Part shown: piece after piece, positions 1 to 11,084 of the stretch
How the letters are laid out: the number at the start of each line of letters is the position of its first letter
Numbering within the stretch: position 1 is the stretch's first letter
Assembly: GCF_000737315.1 (NCBI RefSeq)
Contig: NZ_JMCB01000019.1
Location: forward strand, 124,001 to 188,000
From: Hyalangium minutum
Lineage (GTDB): Bacteria; Myxococcota; Myxococcia; Myxococcales; Myxococcaceae
Direction of reading: 5' to 3'
Length of the DNA: 64,000 bases
Made by a program: the position numbers and the translations under genes
Notes under the pieces: generated by a model
Told to the model about the DNA's origin: nothing
The model's input: only the letters and a program-made list of their open reading frames with translations
The model's database searches: none

Positions 1-2
1 AG

Positions 3-671
<669 letters not shown>

Positions 672-683
672 GAGGTCCACGCC

Positions 684-1526
684 ATGCCGTTCCAGGGACT
701 CGGAGGGCTGGAGACATACGTGCTCGAGGATGGGGAGGCCCGGGTGGAGGTCATCCCCAGCCGAGGGGCGCTCGTCACGCGCATGAACGTGGGCGGGGAC
801 GAGCTGCTCTACCTGGACGAGAGCACGGTGGTGGACCTGTCGAAGAACGTGCGCGGGGGGATTCCGGTGCTGTTCCCCATCGCGGGGAAGCTGCCGGGGG
901 ACACGTACCCGGTGGGACGGCAGGCGTACTCGATGACGCAGCACGGGTTCGCCCGGAGGCTGCCGTGGACGGTGCGGCAGGCGGAGCGGGAGATGTTGGT
1001 GCTGGGGCTGAGCGCCACGGAGGAGACGCTGCGACAGTTCCCGTGGCGCTTCGACGCGCAGCTCACGCTGTCGCTAGACGGACCGCAGCTCACGTTGGAC
1101 TTCGACGTGGAGAACCGGGACGAGCGCCCGCTGCCGGTGCACCTGGGGTTCCACCCGTACTTCCACGTGCTGGACATGGTGAAAGCCGCGGCGAGCGTGG
1201 CCACGGATGCGACGAAGGCGTGGGACAACCGTCAAGGGAAGGTGGTGCCCTTCAGAGGGCTGAACCTGACGGCGCCCGAGGTGGACTTGCACCTGCTGGA
1301 CCACTCGGAGGCAGGGACGACACTGCACCGAGGCTTGGGACGGAGGCCGGTGAAGCTCACGTGGAGCATCGAGTTCCAGCGGATGGTGGTGTGGACACTG
1401 CAGGGGAAGGACTTCGTCTGCGTGGAGCCGTGGACGGCGTCCGCAGGAGCTCTGGCCACGGGCGAGGGACTGCTCCACGTGGCCCCGGGCGAGCGCTTCT
1501 CGCTCATCTTCGGCATCGGCGCCTGA
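684..1526 (+). CDS. Aldose 1-epimerase / galactose mutarotase-like protein
   Basis: RGGIPVLFP, HGFAR, HLGFHPYF and FVCVEPW motifs. Confidence 0.9.
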   Translation: MPFQGLGGLETYVLEDGEARVEVIPSRGALVTRMNVGGDELLYLDESTVVDLSKNVRGGIPVLFPIAGKLPGDTYPVGRQAYSMTQHGFARRLPWTVRQAEREMLVLGLSATEETLRQFPWRFDAQLTLSLDGPQLTLDFDVENRDERPLPVHLGFHPYFHVLDMVKAAASVATDATKAWDNRQGKVVPFRGLNLTAPEVDLHLLDHSEAGTTLHRGLGRRPVKLTWSIEFQRMVVWTLQGKDFVCVEPWTASAGALATGEGLLHVAPGERFSLIFGIGA

Positions 1527-1543
1527 GCAAGAAAGGGTACCCT

Positions 1544-1858
1544 ATGGGCAACTGGCTCCCCCAGCTCACCTTCATTGAGGATCCGATCGCCGACGACTTC
1601 TGGTCGTACGAGAACGACGATGGGGTTCAGCATATTGCGAGAGTGACGATCGGCCGCCCCGCCCCCATCCCCAACGATCCACAGGGCAACTGGTACTGCC
1701 CCCTGTGCATCCAGCACAGGGAGACTCAGTCGGAGATCCTGTGCCGGGTGGGCGTCGGGCCCGTCGATGCCCTGGTGAACGCCACGCGGGTCGCGTCGGA
1801 CCACTTCCACGAGCTGCGCAAGGTCAGCCCTCGCGCGCAACCTGTCAAACGCCCATGA
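1544..1858 (+). CDS. Small hypothetical protein (DUF6968-like), 104 aa
   Basis: ATG at 1544 after GAAAGGG. It is the C-terminal, non-shadow part of ORF 17..1858 (RVTIGRPAPIP...WYCPL...GVGPVDAL). Confidence 0.6.
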   Translation: MGNWLPQLTFIEDPIADDFWSYENDDGVQHIARVTIGRPAPIPNDPQGNWYCPLCIQHRETQSEILCRVGVGPVDALVNATRVASDHFHELRKVSPRAQPVKRP

Positions 1859-1867
1859 AGGTGGTTC

Positions 1868-2260
1868 CTACGACGCCCCCTCCATCTTCTCGAGTTCGCC
1901 TTCGGCAATCTCTCGATACAAGGGGACGACCTCCACACTCAGCAGGTCGCGCATCTGCTGGCGCGCCTCATCGAGCTTCCCTTGCTCCTGAAGGCGGTAC
2001 ATTCGATGGAGAGCATTGCCGAGCCGATGCGAGCCCTCACGGACGCGCGCTCGGATCTTCCCCAGTAACTCGATAGCGCCCTCCACGCTCAAGAGCGCTG
2101 CCATGGCCTCGGCTTCGCCGAGGGCTACCGTTGGGGCCGCGCGAAGGAGCAGATTGCGCACATCGCCGGTGAGTTCGAGGTCTCCGCCCCGGTGAACCAG
2201 TTGTTCGAGTTCCCAGAGCTGGTTCCAGAGCGCATCGAGTGTCGCGTCTCGGGGCTCCAT
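1868..2260 (-). CDS. DUSAM-domain (DUF2379) myxobacterial protein
   Basis: GDLELTGDVRNLLLRAAPTVAL...IRARVREGSHRL...ARQQMRDLLSVEVVPLYREIA matches the recalled DUSAM pattern. Start at 2260 has GAGG upstream; alternative start 2287. Confidence 0.8.
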   Translation of the reverse strand: MEPRDATLDALWNQLWELEQLVHRGGDLELTGDVRNLLLRAAPTVALGEAEAMAALLSVEGAIELLGKIRARVREGSHRLGNALHRMYRLQEQGKLDEARQQMRDLLSVEVVPLYREIAEGELEKMEGAS

Positions 2261-2296
2261 CGCCTCATCTCTTCCTGGGAGCCCCACTCCTGAGCG

Positions 2297-3214
2297 CTAC
2301 TTCGCCGCCCCGAAAGCCTGCGCCTGCCGCGCCCACTCCGCCGGCAGACCAATGTTCAGGAACACCTCGAGCCGGTAGCCCGGATACGCCTCCACCAGCC
2401 GCGACTGGATGCGCTCGAGCGCCGCGTCCGTCGGCTTCCCCTGCGGCTTCTCCGCCGCCACCTCGGCGATGACCCGCTGCAGGTAGGCACGCTCCATGTC
2501 CAGCAAGCCCGCGTTCCCCGAGGGCCCTCGGCCCGGGTGTACCCATTTGGGCTTCAGCGCCTTCATCTCGTCGATGCGCTTCAGCCACTCATCCGTCCTG
2601 CCGATCTCCAGCCAGCTGTGCGTGTTGCTCGCGATCATGTCCCCCGGGAACAGATGGCCCTCGTACTCGACCACCACGTGGGCCTCGCTGCAGCCCGCGC
2701 CCATCACGTGGGCCTTCACCGTCACGCCGCCCGCGCTCAACTCCGTCGTGGCCGAGCCGAAGCTCTCCGGCAGCGGCACCTCCGTCGGGTAGTCCGGCTT
2801 GTAGCGCTCGTAGAAGGACGCGGTGCGGATCTGGTGCACGTGGGGAACGAGCGCGCGCACCTGCTCGCTCGTCACCACGCGGATGCCCCGCTTGCGCAGC
2901 ACGTTCGTCCCGTTGAACTTGTCCGGGTTCGGGTGCAGCACGATGGCCAGCAGCGCCTTCTTCCCCGTCACCTGCTCCGCCCAGTTCACGAACTCCTCGG
3001 CGGCCGACGGCAAGAACTGCGTGTCGATGAGGATCAACCCCTCGGGGCCCTCGATCCAGTACGACGAGGTGCTGAACCCCCACGGCGAGGACACGTACGT
3101 GCCCACCCGCGCGTCACCGCTGGAGGTCAGCGTCACCTCCGCGCCCGCGGGGCGCTGGACAGAGGCACAACCCGCGACGAGCGCGAGCATCAGCATGAAA
3201 GCAATGCGAGGCAT
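2297..3214 (-). CDS. Secreted/lipoprotein MBL-fold metallo-hydrolase-like protein with a non-canonical metal motif
   Basis: Signal with lipobox (LVAGC), LILIDTQF, HPNPDK in place of HxHxDH, FPGD, HPGRG. Start MPRIAF at 3214. Confidence 0.8.
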   Translation of the reverse strand: MPRIAFMLMLALVAGCASVQRPAGAEVTLTSSGDARVGTYVSSPWGFSTSSYWIEGPEGLILIDTQFLPSAAEEFVNWAEQVTGKKALLAIVLHPNPDKFNGTNVLRKRGIRVVTSEQVRALVPHVHQIRTASFYERYKPDYPTEVPLPESFGSATTELSAGGVTVKAHVMGAGCSEAHVVVEYEGHLFPGDMIASNTHSWLEIGRTDEWLKRIDEMKALKPKWVHPGRGPSGNAGLLDMERAYLQRVIAEVAAEKPQGKPTDAALERIQSRLVEAYPGYRLEVFLNIGLPAEWARQAQAFGAAK

Positions 3215-3383
3215 GATTCGGTCTCCTGAGCGGCCGCCTTTCTTACGCGCACGCACCGCCCACGGACAACCGCCATGGCGGGACGCGCACTCTGTGTCCA
3301 GATCCACAAGCCGCACGGACCCGCTCTGCCCCCCGCTTAGACACGTGCGGTAGAACCCTGTCTTCCCCTTCCAAGGAGCAACG

Positions 3384-4580
3384 ATGACCTCGCGTTGGCT
3401 CACTCTGACCCTGGCGCTGCTCGCAGCCGCTTGCGGCGGCGGTACCTCTCCCACGCCTCCGGAGCCGAACCCGGATCCGGTTCCGCTGCCCTCTCCCCCT
3501 CCCACCGCCAAGGGAGCCGTGAGCGCCGGGGAGCACCACACGTGCGGGTTCAACTCGAACGGAGAGACATGGTGCTGGGGCCGGAACCAGTACGGCGAGC
3601 AGGGCACCTCGGGCGACGAGAGCCCTGTCCCGGTGCAAGCACGCATCACGGGACTGGCCCAGGTGGTCTCAGGCAACCAGGCCACGTGTGGCCTCAAGAC
3701 GGATGGGACCTTCTGGTGCTGGGGACGCATCCTGAGCGAGGACGAGGACACGCTGTTCTCCCCGCCCCAGCAGCTGACCGTGTTCGGCACCGAGGTCCAA
3801 TCCTTCGACATGGGCGAGGAGACCGCCTACGTGACCAAGAAGGACGGCAGCATCTGGGCCTACTCCCAGGGCGACACCCAGCAAGTGGTGGCGAGCGGAG
3901 CGCGCGCTCTCTCCGTGTACGACGGGGACTTCATGTGCTTCGTGAAGAGCGATGGCACCCTGGTCTGCCAGGGCTACAACAACGCGGGCAACCTGGGCAA
4001 CGGCACCACGAGCGGCGGCTCCGTCCAGGTCAAGGTCCCCGCAGGCACCCTCTTCCAGCAAGTCTCCGTGGGCGGGAACTTCGCGTGCGGCCTGACCACG
4101 GCGGGAGAGGTGTGGTGCTGGGGCGCCAACGAAGTCGCCCAGACGGGGACGCGCACGGGCACCCAGGACTGCTTCTGGTCCAGCGGCGCGCTGCCTTGCA
4201 ACCCCACTCCGCGGAAGATCACCGGCCTGCCGGCTCCAGCCAAGGTCCTCGTCACGGCCTACAGCACCGCGCTGGTGCTGCTCACGGACGGAACCGTCTG
4301 GGGTTGGGGAGGCAATGCCACCCTCCAGCTGGGCGCGGCCACCCAGGAAACGTGCCCCAACATCTTCGGCAATGATCCGTGCAGTTCCACGCCGGTGAAG
4401 GTACCCGTCCAGAACATGCTCACCTTGAGCGCGGGCGGCGACCACGTCTGCGGCTGTGACACGAGCGGCACCGCGTGGTGCTGGGGCTTCTCGGCGAGCG
4501 GAAAGCTGGGCACGACGTCACAGCCGGAAACCCTGGAAGGCGAACCTCCCGCCCAGGTGCTGAACTTCCGCTGCTGGTAG
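3384..4580 (+). CDS. RCC1-repeat beta-propeller lipoprotein
   Basis: Lipobox LLAAACGG, Pro-rich linker, repeated VSxGxxHTC...WCWGxNxxGxLG units. Confidence 0.85.
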   Translation: MTSRWLTLTLALLAAACGGGTSPTPPEPNPDPVPLPSPPPTAKGAVSAGEHHTCGFNSNGETWCWGRNQYGEQGTSGDESPVPVQARITGLAQVVSGNQATCGLKTDGTFWCWGRILSEDEDTLFSPPQQLTVFGTEVQSFDMGEETAYVTKKDGSIWAYSQGDTQQVVASGARALSVYDGDFMCFVKSDGTLVCQGYNNAGNLGNGTTSGGSVQVKVPAGTLFQQVSVGGNFACGLTTAGEVWCWGANEVAQTGTRTGTQDCFWSSGALPCNPTPRKITGLPAPAKVLVTAYSTALVLLTDGTVWGWGGNATLQLGAATQETCPNIFGNDPCSSTPVKVPVQNMLTLSAGGDHVCGCDTSGTAWCWGFSASGKLGTTSQPETLEGEPPAQVLNFRCW

Positions 4581-4585
4581 AGGAC

Positions 4586-5692
4586 TCAGTCCGTCCCTGT
4601 CGGCCGAGTCAGGGCCGGCAGGGCCGACTCGTTGTCGGACCAGATGGGCGGATGCGCCTCGCCGGTGAAGGCGCGCAGCCGCCGGTAGTCTGGGTACTCA
4701 GCCTGGAGTGTCAGCAGATCCCCATCCAGGATGCGCTGGTCGCCGTTCGGGTGGAGCTTGTCCTCGCCTCCTCGCCGCAGCGAGAGCGCCAGCGCCCCGA
4801 AGCGATCCCTCACCTCGGAAATGGTGATGCCCGGCAGCCCCGTACGGGCCTCGAACACCGACACCACCATTAGATGCCCGCCAATCCGGAACGAGTGAAC
4901 GATGCGCGGATCCAGCGCCGCCAGCGCCATGGCCGGCGCGGCCAGCGAGGAGCTCGACAGCGCCTCGGCCTTGAAGGTGTCGCGCACCTTGGCCACCAGG
5001 TCGTCATCGAACAGGCGGATGACCACGCGGATGCCCGGATTGAAGCGCCGCGCGTCCAGGGCGATGTTCAGGTTGGCCAGGTCATCGTCCGTGGAGCAGA
5101 CGATGGCGGAGGCCGCCCTCACGTTCAGGCGCGGCAGGCACTGCGGGCTGCGGATGTCGTCGATGAGCAGCGGCACTTGCTGGTCGCGCAGCACGCTCAC
5201 GAAGGCACCATCCTCGCGCTTCTCCACCACCACCACGTCCTTGCCCATGGACAGCAGCTGGTCCACCACGCGGTAGCCCACGCGGCCCGCCCCGCACACG
5301 ATGATGTGCCCCTTCAAGGTCTCGGCAATCACCTCGATCCACTCCTTGTCGCTCTTGTGCTTGGCGAAGAACAGGTAGGCAAAGCGCACAACGCCATCCA
5401 CCACCAGCGCGATGCCCACCGGCGGGATGAGCAGGTTCAGCACCGTGAGCACCCAGTCATCCGCGCAGTCCAGCGAGGGCTGCCCGAACAACAGGAAGTA
5501 CACGTGCTGCAGCGCCTTGCCGGCCTTCACGTGCTCGCCGCCGGGCAGCTCGCACTGCAGCTGGTAGATGGGTGGGGCCCCCAGGAACAGCGCCGCCGTC
5601 AGCAACAGCGTGATGCGGAAGCGCTTCAGCAGCGCGAACAGGTAGCGCAGGTTCGCGATCAGCCGCCGGCGAGGAGGCGAGGACCGGTTCAT
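4586..5692 (-). CDS. Two-TM ion-channel-like protein with TrkA-N/TrkA-C (RCK) domains
   Basis: Two hydrophobic segments, then IIVCGAGRVG Rossmann motif and DDDLANLNIALDAR. Confidence 0.8.
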   Translation of the reverse strand: MNRSSPPRRRLIANLRYLFALLKRFRITLLLTAALFLGAPPIYQLQCELPGGEHVKAGKALQHVYFLLFGQPSLDCADDWVLTVLNLLIPPVGIALVVDGVVRFAYLFFAKHKSDKEWIEVIAETLKGHIIVCGAGRVGYRVVDQLLSMGKDVVVVEKREDGAFVSVLRDQQVPLLIDDIRSPQCLPRLNVRAASAIVCSTDDDLANLNIALDARRFNPGIRVVIRLFDDDLVAKVRDTFKAEALSSSSLAAPAMALAALDPRIVHSFRIGGHLMVVSVFEARTGLPGITISEVRDRFGALALSLRRGGEDKLHPNGDQRILDGDLLTLQAEYPDYRRLRAFTGEAHPPIWSDNESALPALTRPTGTD

Positions 5693-6933
5693 GGCGCCGG
5701 CGAGATGCTCGGGTCAACCTCGGTCTTGGACCGCCGCCGCTCGATCAGCCACACCGCCACCACGCCCAGCTCGTAGCACAGCAACATGGGCCCCGCCATC
5801 AGCGACAGGTTCACCACGTCCCCCGTGGGAGTGAGGATCGCCGCGGCGATGAGGCACACCACGAAGGCATGGCGCTGGTATTTGAAGAGCCACTTGCTCT
5901 TCACCACACCCACCACGCCGAGCAGCGCCATCACCAGCGGCAGCTCGAAGATGACGCCGAAGGCCAGCAGCAGCACCAGCACGAGGGACAGCTGCTCGTT
6001 CATGGTGAGCATGGGCCGCGTCCACCGGAGCGCCTCGTGGCGGGCGTGCCCGGTGGCCAGCTCCTTCTCCAGCTTCCACAGGCCGGCCAGCTCCTCGGTG
6101 CGAGTCGGCGCCACGCCCGCGAGCAGGCTCGCCGCCTCATCCATTGCCGCGGCCGCCACCGCATAGTCCTTGCGCCCGAAGGCCTCGGCCGCCACCACGC
6201 GCTTCTCCACCGCCTGCTTCAGCACGAGCCGCGAGGGCACGCCGAAGCCGTCCGCCGTGGCGTCCAGCAGCTTCCCCAGCCCCTCCAGGCGGGCCGCCAG
6301 CTCCACGCTCTCGGAGGGCACCACCTCGGGCTCGTCCAGCATCCCGTCGCCGGCGGAGACCAGCGCCGAGGTGGCCTCCTTCGCGAGCTGTCCGGCGCGC
6401 TCCGCATCCCCTAACCGCAGGAAGCGCAGCGCATCCTCCGTGCGCATGCGGGCCACATCCATGCGGCTCTCCACCGCGGCGGCCTCCTCCTCGTTCAGGA
6501 GGAACTGGAACATGGAGGGCAGCACCGCGAAGTAACAGAACGCAGCGCCGAGCATGAAGGCCAGCGAGCCGAAGATGACGAAGGGCGAGGCGTAGCGCCG
6601 CTCCTCCGGGTACAGCCCGGGCGAGACGAAGCCCCAGATCTGCCAGAGGATGACGGGCGTGGTGAGGAAGATGCCGCAGTACACCCCCACCTTCATGAGG
6701 ACGTTAATCTCCTCGATGCCGGAGGTGTAGACGAGGGAGCGGGCCTCGGGCGGGAGCGCCGCCAGCACGGGCTTCATCAGCACGCCGAAGATGGGGCGGG
6801 CGAAGACGAGAGACACGCCGCCCAGCACCAACACCGCCAGGGTGCACTTGACGAGCCGCGCACGGAGCTCCGTGAGGTGCTCCGCCAGCGACATGCGCAG
6901 TTCAGGGTCCAGAGTCGGATTCGGAAAGGCCAA
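5689..6933 (-). CDS. tatC: Twin-arginine translocase TatC with a large insertion
   Basis: MSLAEHLTELRARL, WGFVSPGLYPEERRY, FELPLV, AAILTPTGD. Alternative ATG at 6894. Confidence 0.92.
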   Translation of the reverse strand: MAFPNPTLDPELRMSLAEHLTELRARLVKCTLAVLVLGGVSLVFARPIFGVLMKPVLAALPPEARSLVYTSGIEEINVLMKVGVYCGIFLTTPVILWQIWGFVSPGLYPEERRYASPFVIFGSLAFMLGAAFCYFAVLPSMFQFLLNEEEAAAVESRMDVARMRTEDALRFLRLGDAERAGQLAKEATSALVSAGDGMLDEPEVVPSESVELAARLEGLGKLLDATADGFGVPSRLVLKQAVEKRVVAAEAFGRKDYAVAAAAMDEAASLLAGVAPTRTEELAGLWKLEKELATGHARHEALRWTRPMLTMNEQLSLVLVLLLAFGVIFELPLVMALLGVVGVVKSKWLFKYQRHAFVVCLIAAAILTPTGDVVNLSLMAGPMLLCYELGVVAVWLIERRRSKTEVDPSISPAP

Positions 6934-6941
6934 GGCTCGCT

Positions 6942-7445
6942 CTACTTCGACGCGTTACGGGCCACCGTGCCCGGGATGGGATCAAAGCGCGGCAGGGGCT
7001 CTTCCTCGGCCGCCGTGGGAGCCTCGCCGGCCCCAGCCGCCGGTGCCTCTCCCTCCGCGGCGGGAGGCACTGCGCCCAGTGCCGCAGCCTGAGCTGCCAC
7101 GGCGGGCGCCACCGGCACGGACTCGGGGTGGGCGGCCGTCATGGCATCGAGTGGCGCATGGAGGCCCGGAGGCAGGGGCAGCGCGGGGGGCTCGGGGTGG
7201 GCGGCGTGCTCCGGCGTGCCGTGAGGGGCCACAGGGGCGGGAGGCGGAGCCGGCTCGCGCTGGACCTCCTCATCCATCGCGTAGAACTCGCGCACCACGA
7301 CGCCGCGCACCTCGTCCGTCTGGCGGCGGAACTCCCGCAGGAACTTGCCGATGCCGCGCGCCAGCTCGGGCAGCCGCTGAGGCCCGAGGATGAGCAGCGC
7401 AGCAATCAGGATGAAGACCATCTCTCCTGCGCCGATGTTGAACAT
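6942..7445 (-). CDS. tatB: Twin-arginine translocase TatB/TatA-family subunit
   Basis: MFNIGAGEMVFILIAALLILGPQRLPELARGIGK with a long Pro/Ala tail, directly upstream of tatC. Confidence 0.85.
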   Translation of the reverse strand: MFNIGAGEMVFILIAALLILGPQRLPELARGIGKFLREFRRQTDEVRGVVVREFYAMDEEVQREPAPPPAPVAPHGTPEHAAHPEPPALPLPPGLHAPLDAMTAAHPESVPVAPAVAAQAAALGAVPPAAEGEAPAAGAGEAPTAAEEEPLPRFDPIPGTVARNASK

Positions 7446-7575
7446 GACGGATGGGCTCCGGGGAAGACTGGCCTGGGGTTATCGCGCCATGCCGCGCCCA
7501 GCGCAACGGGGAGCCGCATGGCAGCGTCCATCCAGCACAGTCCCTGGCTGGCCGGACGCTGGACGGTGGGGCAAC

Positions 7576-8862
7576 CTAATGGTGGTCGGAGGGAGGGTGA
7601 GCCAGGGCAACGGCTGGGGCAACTTGCCCCATCTGGAGCGCGCCCCCCTGGTCCCGGGCACGGATGCGCTGTTCGACGACTCGCATCATGAAGGGGATCA
7701 TCACCGTCATCAGGATGGACAGCGTGGCGACCTGCTCGATGCCCCCCAGCTTGCCATCCGGCAAGGTGACGAGGACGACCGAGGAAAGGTAGGCCGCCAG
7801 CGCCGAGGCCATGTGCCCCACGGCGGACTGCAGCGACATGAACCGGGCGCGCACGGCATTGGAGGGCACGCGCGAGGTGAGCGTGTTGTAGGCCACATTG
7901 CGCAGGCCGTTGGCCATCATGAAGCCCATGAAGAGCACGGAGACGGGCAGCCAGGCCGGGTAGTGGATGAAGCCGATGTAGGTGGTGAACACCCCGAGCA
8001 CCGCGGCCACGACGCCCACCCGGAAGGCCCCGAGCTTGTCCACCCGGGGGCCTGCCAGCCGCAGGGTGATGAAGCTGACGATGCCGCCGAAGAAGTAGAT
8101 GTGGCCGACGGAGTCCCGCGGGTAGCCAAGGTTCTGCTGCACGTAGCCGGAGATGTTGGGGATGAGGACGAAGCCGCTCATCATCACCAGGGCGGACATG
8201 AGGTAGGACAGCTGCACATCGCGGTTCTGCAGCAGCTCCATGGCGTCCACCGGGTGGTCCTGGCGCCGCCCCTCCTCCAGGTGTCGTCGCATGGGAGGCA
8301 GGAAGAAGATGGCTCCGAGCACGACCAGCAGCCCAAACCCGGCCACGGTGAGGAAGGGCGTCCGCCAGCTGCCGAGCTCCGCCACCTTGAGCGCCAGGGG
8401 GATGCCCACCACGGAGGCGATGGAGAAGGCCCCCATCACCGCCCCCATCGCCCGGCCGCGCCGCTCCACAGGGATGAGCTCGGCGACGATGGACATGGCG
8501 AGCGAGGTGGCTGGCCCACCGAACAAGCCCGCGAGCACCCGCGCCATCATCAACGTGGTGAAGCCGGTGGCGAGGCCGCCCGCGGCGGTGGCCACCACCA
8601 GCCCGAGCATGGAGACAGCCAACGCCTTGCGCCGGTCGAAGCGGTCCAGAAAGGCGCCTCCCACCACACCCGCCACACTGGCGGCACCGGTGTAGCTCGC
8701 GGAGAGGTAGCCGATGTGCGAGATGTCGATCCCCAGCCCCTTCGCGAAGTCAGGGCCCAGCGGCATCACCATCACGAAGTCGAGGATGTTGACGAACTGG
8801 ACCGCTCCGATCAGGAAGATGACGGCGCGCTCGGAGACAGGTCGGGACGACATGGGCCTCAA
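7576..8862 (-). CDS. MFS transporter
   Basis: About 12 TM segments; motif A GAFLDRFDRRKAL; ERRGRAMG. Confidence 0.9.
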   Translation of the reverse strand: MRPMSSRPVSERAVIFLIGAVQFVNILDFVMVMPLGPDFAKGLGIDISHIGYLSASYTGAASVAGVVGGAFLDRFDRRKALAVSMLGLVVATAAGGLATGFTTLMMARVLAGLFGGPATSLAMSIVAELIPVERRGRAMGAVMGAFSIASVVGIPLALKVAELGSWRTPFLTVAGFGLLVVLGAIFFLPPMRRHLEEGRRQDHPVDAMELLQNRDVQLSYLMSALVMMSGFVLIPNISGYVQQNLGYPRDSVGHIYFFGGIVSFITLRLAGPRVDKLGAFRVGVVAAVLGVFTTYIGFIHYPAWLPVSVLFMGFMMANGLRNVAYNTLTSRVPSNAVRARFMSLQSAVGHMASALAAYLSSVVLVTLPDGKLGGIEQVATLSILMTVMIPFMMRVVEQRIRARDQGGALQMGQVAPAVALAHPPSDHH

Positions 8863-8920
8863 GAACTAGCACCCCTGGAGCGAAAGTGCACCCGGGGTAC
8901 GGCTGGCTGCTCGGGTAGGC

Positions 8921-10945
8921 TCACACGCGGAAGCGGCGCACCTCTCCCCGCAACACCTCGGCCTGCTTCTGGAGGTGGTCGATGGCCTCCTCCAGCTGCC
9001 GCACACTGCGTGTCTGGTGCTCGGAGACGCTCTTGATGGTCTCCACCGCCTTGAGCACCTGCTCGCTGCCCTTGGTCTGCTCCTTCTGGGCGCGGTTGAG
9101 GTGGGTGACCATCTCGTTGATGCTCTCGATGGAGCGGGTGATCTGCTTGCTGCCCTGCGTCTGCTCCTGGCTGCTGCGCTGCACGTGCGCGGTGATGGCC
9201 TTCATCTTCTCCGCGCTCTTGATGATCTGATCGCTGCCCTTGGCCTGCTCGTTCGAGGCCTTGGAGATCATCGACACCGTGTCGGAGATGCGCTGGATGG
9301 CCCCCGTCACCTGGCGGCTGTTGCGGGCCTGCTCCACCGTGGCGCGCGCAATGGCCTTCACCATCTGCGTGGCCTTCTGGGCGCTGTCGTTGATCTTCCA
9401 CAGCGCACCCTCGGCGTCGCGGCCCAGCTGCACGCCCTCCTCCACGTTCTTCACGCCCTGGTTCATCACCGCCACCGCGTTGCGGCTCTCCTCCTGGATG
9501 CTCCGGATGAGGTCCGCGATCTCCTTGGTGGAGGCGCCCGTGCGCTCGGCCAGGTCCTTGATTTCCTCGGCCACCACCGCGAAGCCCTTGCCGTGCTCGC
9601 CCGCCTGGGCGGCGATGATGGCGGCGTTGAGCGCCAGCAGGTTGGTCTGCTCGGCCACGTCGTCGATGACGTTGAGGATGTTGCCGATGTCGGAGATGCG
9701 CTTGCCCAGGCTCTCGATGACGCCGGCGGCCGTGCGGCTCGTCTCCTTGATGCGGTCGATGCCGCTGAGCGTCTTCTGCAGCGACTCCACGCCGGACTGA
9801 GCGTCCTCGGACACCTGCTCCGAGAGGCGGGCCGTCTCGTTGGCGTTGGTCTCCACCTGCCCGATGGAGGCGTCCATCTTCTTGATGGAGAGCGACGTCT
9901 CCTCGGTGGAGGAGGACAGCGCGGCGATGTTGGTGGCCACCTCGCGGATGGAGAAGGACATCTCCTCGATGGCGCTGGTGGTCTCCTCCACGCTGGCGGC
10001 CATGGACTGGACGTTCTCGGCCACCTCGTCATTGGTGGCGGCCATCTGGACGATGGAGGAGCTGCTCTGCTCGGCGCTCTGGTAGAGCACCTCGACGTTG
10101 TCGGCGATGCCCCGGAGGCTCGCCAGCATCTCCACCATGGAGGAGGAGGTCTCCTCCACCCGGGCCTGCACGGTGCCCGCGCCCGAGGACACGGTGGTGC
10201 CGGTACGGGAGATCTGCTCGATGACGCCCGCGAGGCTCTCGGACACGCCTCGCACGCGCCCGAGCGTCTCCCGCCAGCTCTGGCCAATGCGATTGAGGGC
10301 CTCGGCGAGCTTGCCCAGCTCGTCCTGGCTGGCGGCCACATCCGCGCGGCCCGTGAGGTCCGACTCGGCCAGCCGCCGGGCCATGGACATCATCGCGTCG
10401 AGCGGCTGGAGGATGCGCAGCCGGGTGACGAAGATGAAGACGATGAGGAAGATCAGCACGCCCACGGCGAAGAGCTTGAGCATGCTCCAGCGCAGCGCGG
10501 AGACGGCCTCGGAGATGCCCGAGTATTTCACGCCCACGAGGACCCAGCCGTTGCCACCCTTGAGGGGGGCCACGAGGATCCGGTCGCCGTTCTCGCGGAT
10601 GACGGGAGAGGACAACTCGCCCCGGCCAAGCTGGTCCACCAGGGAGCCGAGATCCTTCGGGAGGTCTCTGACGCTGTCGACGACCTGGCCACTCCTGTCG
10701 ACGATGGCGCCGAAGGCGAAGTCTTCGTCCCAGCTGATGAGGGCGAGGGCATCCGGAGTGGAGACGCCTCTGTTGGCGATCTCCTGGGCCTTCTCACGCG
10801 CATGCGTGGTGAGCTGGGTGTCGAGGTAGTCCCTCACCGAGTCCGCCACAACGATGGCGAACACCAGGAAGAGCGCGGCTTGAGCCACGGTGAAGACTCC
10901 GAAAAGGAGCCCGCGAAGACCGACTTTCTGGAGGATCCGAGCCAA
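8921..10945 (-). CDS. Methyl-accepting chemotaxis protein (2 TM, HAMP, long signalling domain)
   Basis: DELGKLA HAMP; [43 protein letters not shown]. Confidence 0.93.
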   Translation of the reverse strand: MARILQKVGLRGLLFGVFTVAQAALFLVFAIVVADSVRDYLDTQLTTHAREKAQEIANRGVSTPDALALISWDEDFAFGAIVDRSGQVVDSVRDLPKDLGSLVDQLGRGELSSPVIRENGDRILVAPLKGGNGWVLVGVKYSGISEAVSALRWSMLKLFAVGVLIFLIVFIFVTRLRILQPLDAMMSMARRLAESDLTGRADVAASQDELGKLAEALNRIGQSWRETLGRVRGVSESLAGVIEQISRTGTTVSSGAGTVQARVEETSSSMVEMLASLRGIADNVEVLYQSAEQSSSSIVQMAATNDEVAENVQSMAASVEETTSAIEEMSFSIREVATNIAALSSSTEETSLSIKKMDASIGQVETNANETARLSEQVSEDAQSGVESLQKTLSGIDRIKETSRTAAGVIESLGKRISDIGNILNVIDDVAEQTNLLALNAAIIAAQAGEHGKGFAVVAEEIKDLAERTGASTKEIADLIRSIQEESRNAVAVMNQGVKNVEEGVQLGRDAEGALWKINDSAQKATQMVKAIARATVEQARNSRQVTGAIQRISDTVSMISKASNEQAKGSDQIIKSAEKMKAITAHVQRSSQEQTQGSKQITRSIESINEMVTHLNRAQKEQTKGSEQVLKAVETIKSVSEHQTRSVRQLEEAIDHLQKQAEVLRGEVRRFRV

Positions 10946-11084
10946 GGCGCTGATATCAAAGGAGGGAATGAGACAAAGGGCAAGGAACGGAACAGGCCTC
11001 GGAGCCCCTGGCGGGAAGAAATCGGCCCCGGAGTAGATTCGGGCCTACGGGAGGAGTAGGTCCCCCCCGTCCGGAGCCCGCCGC

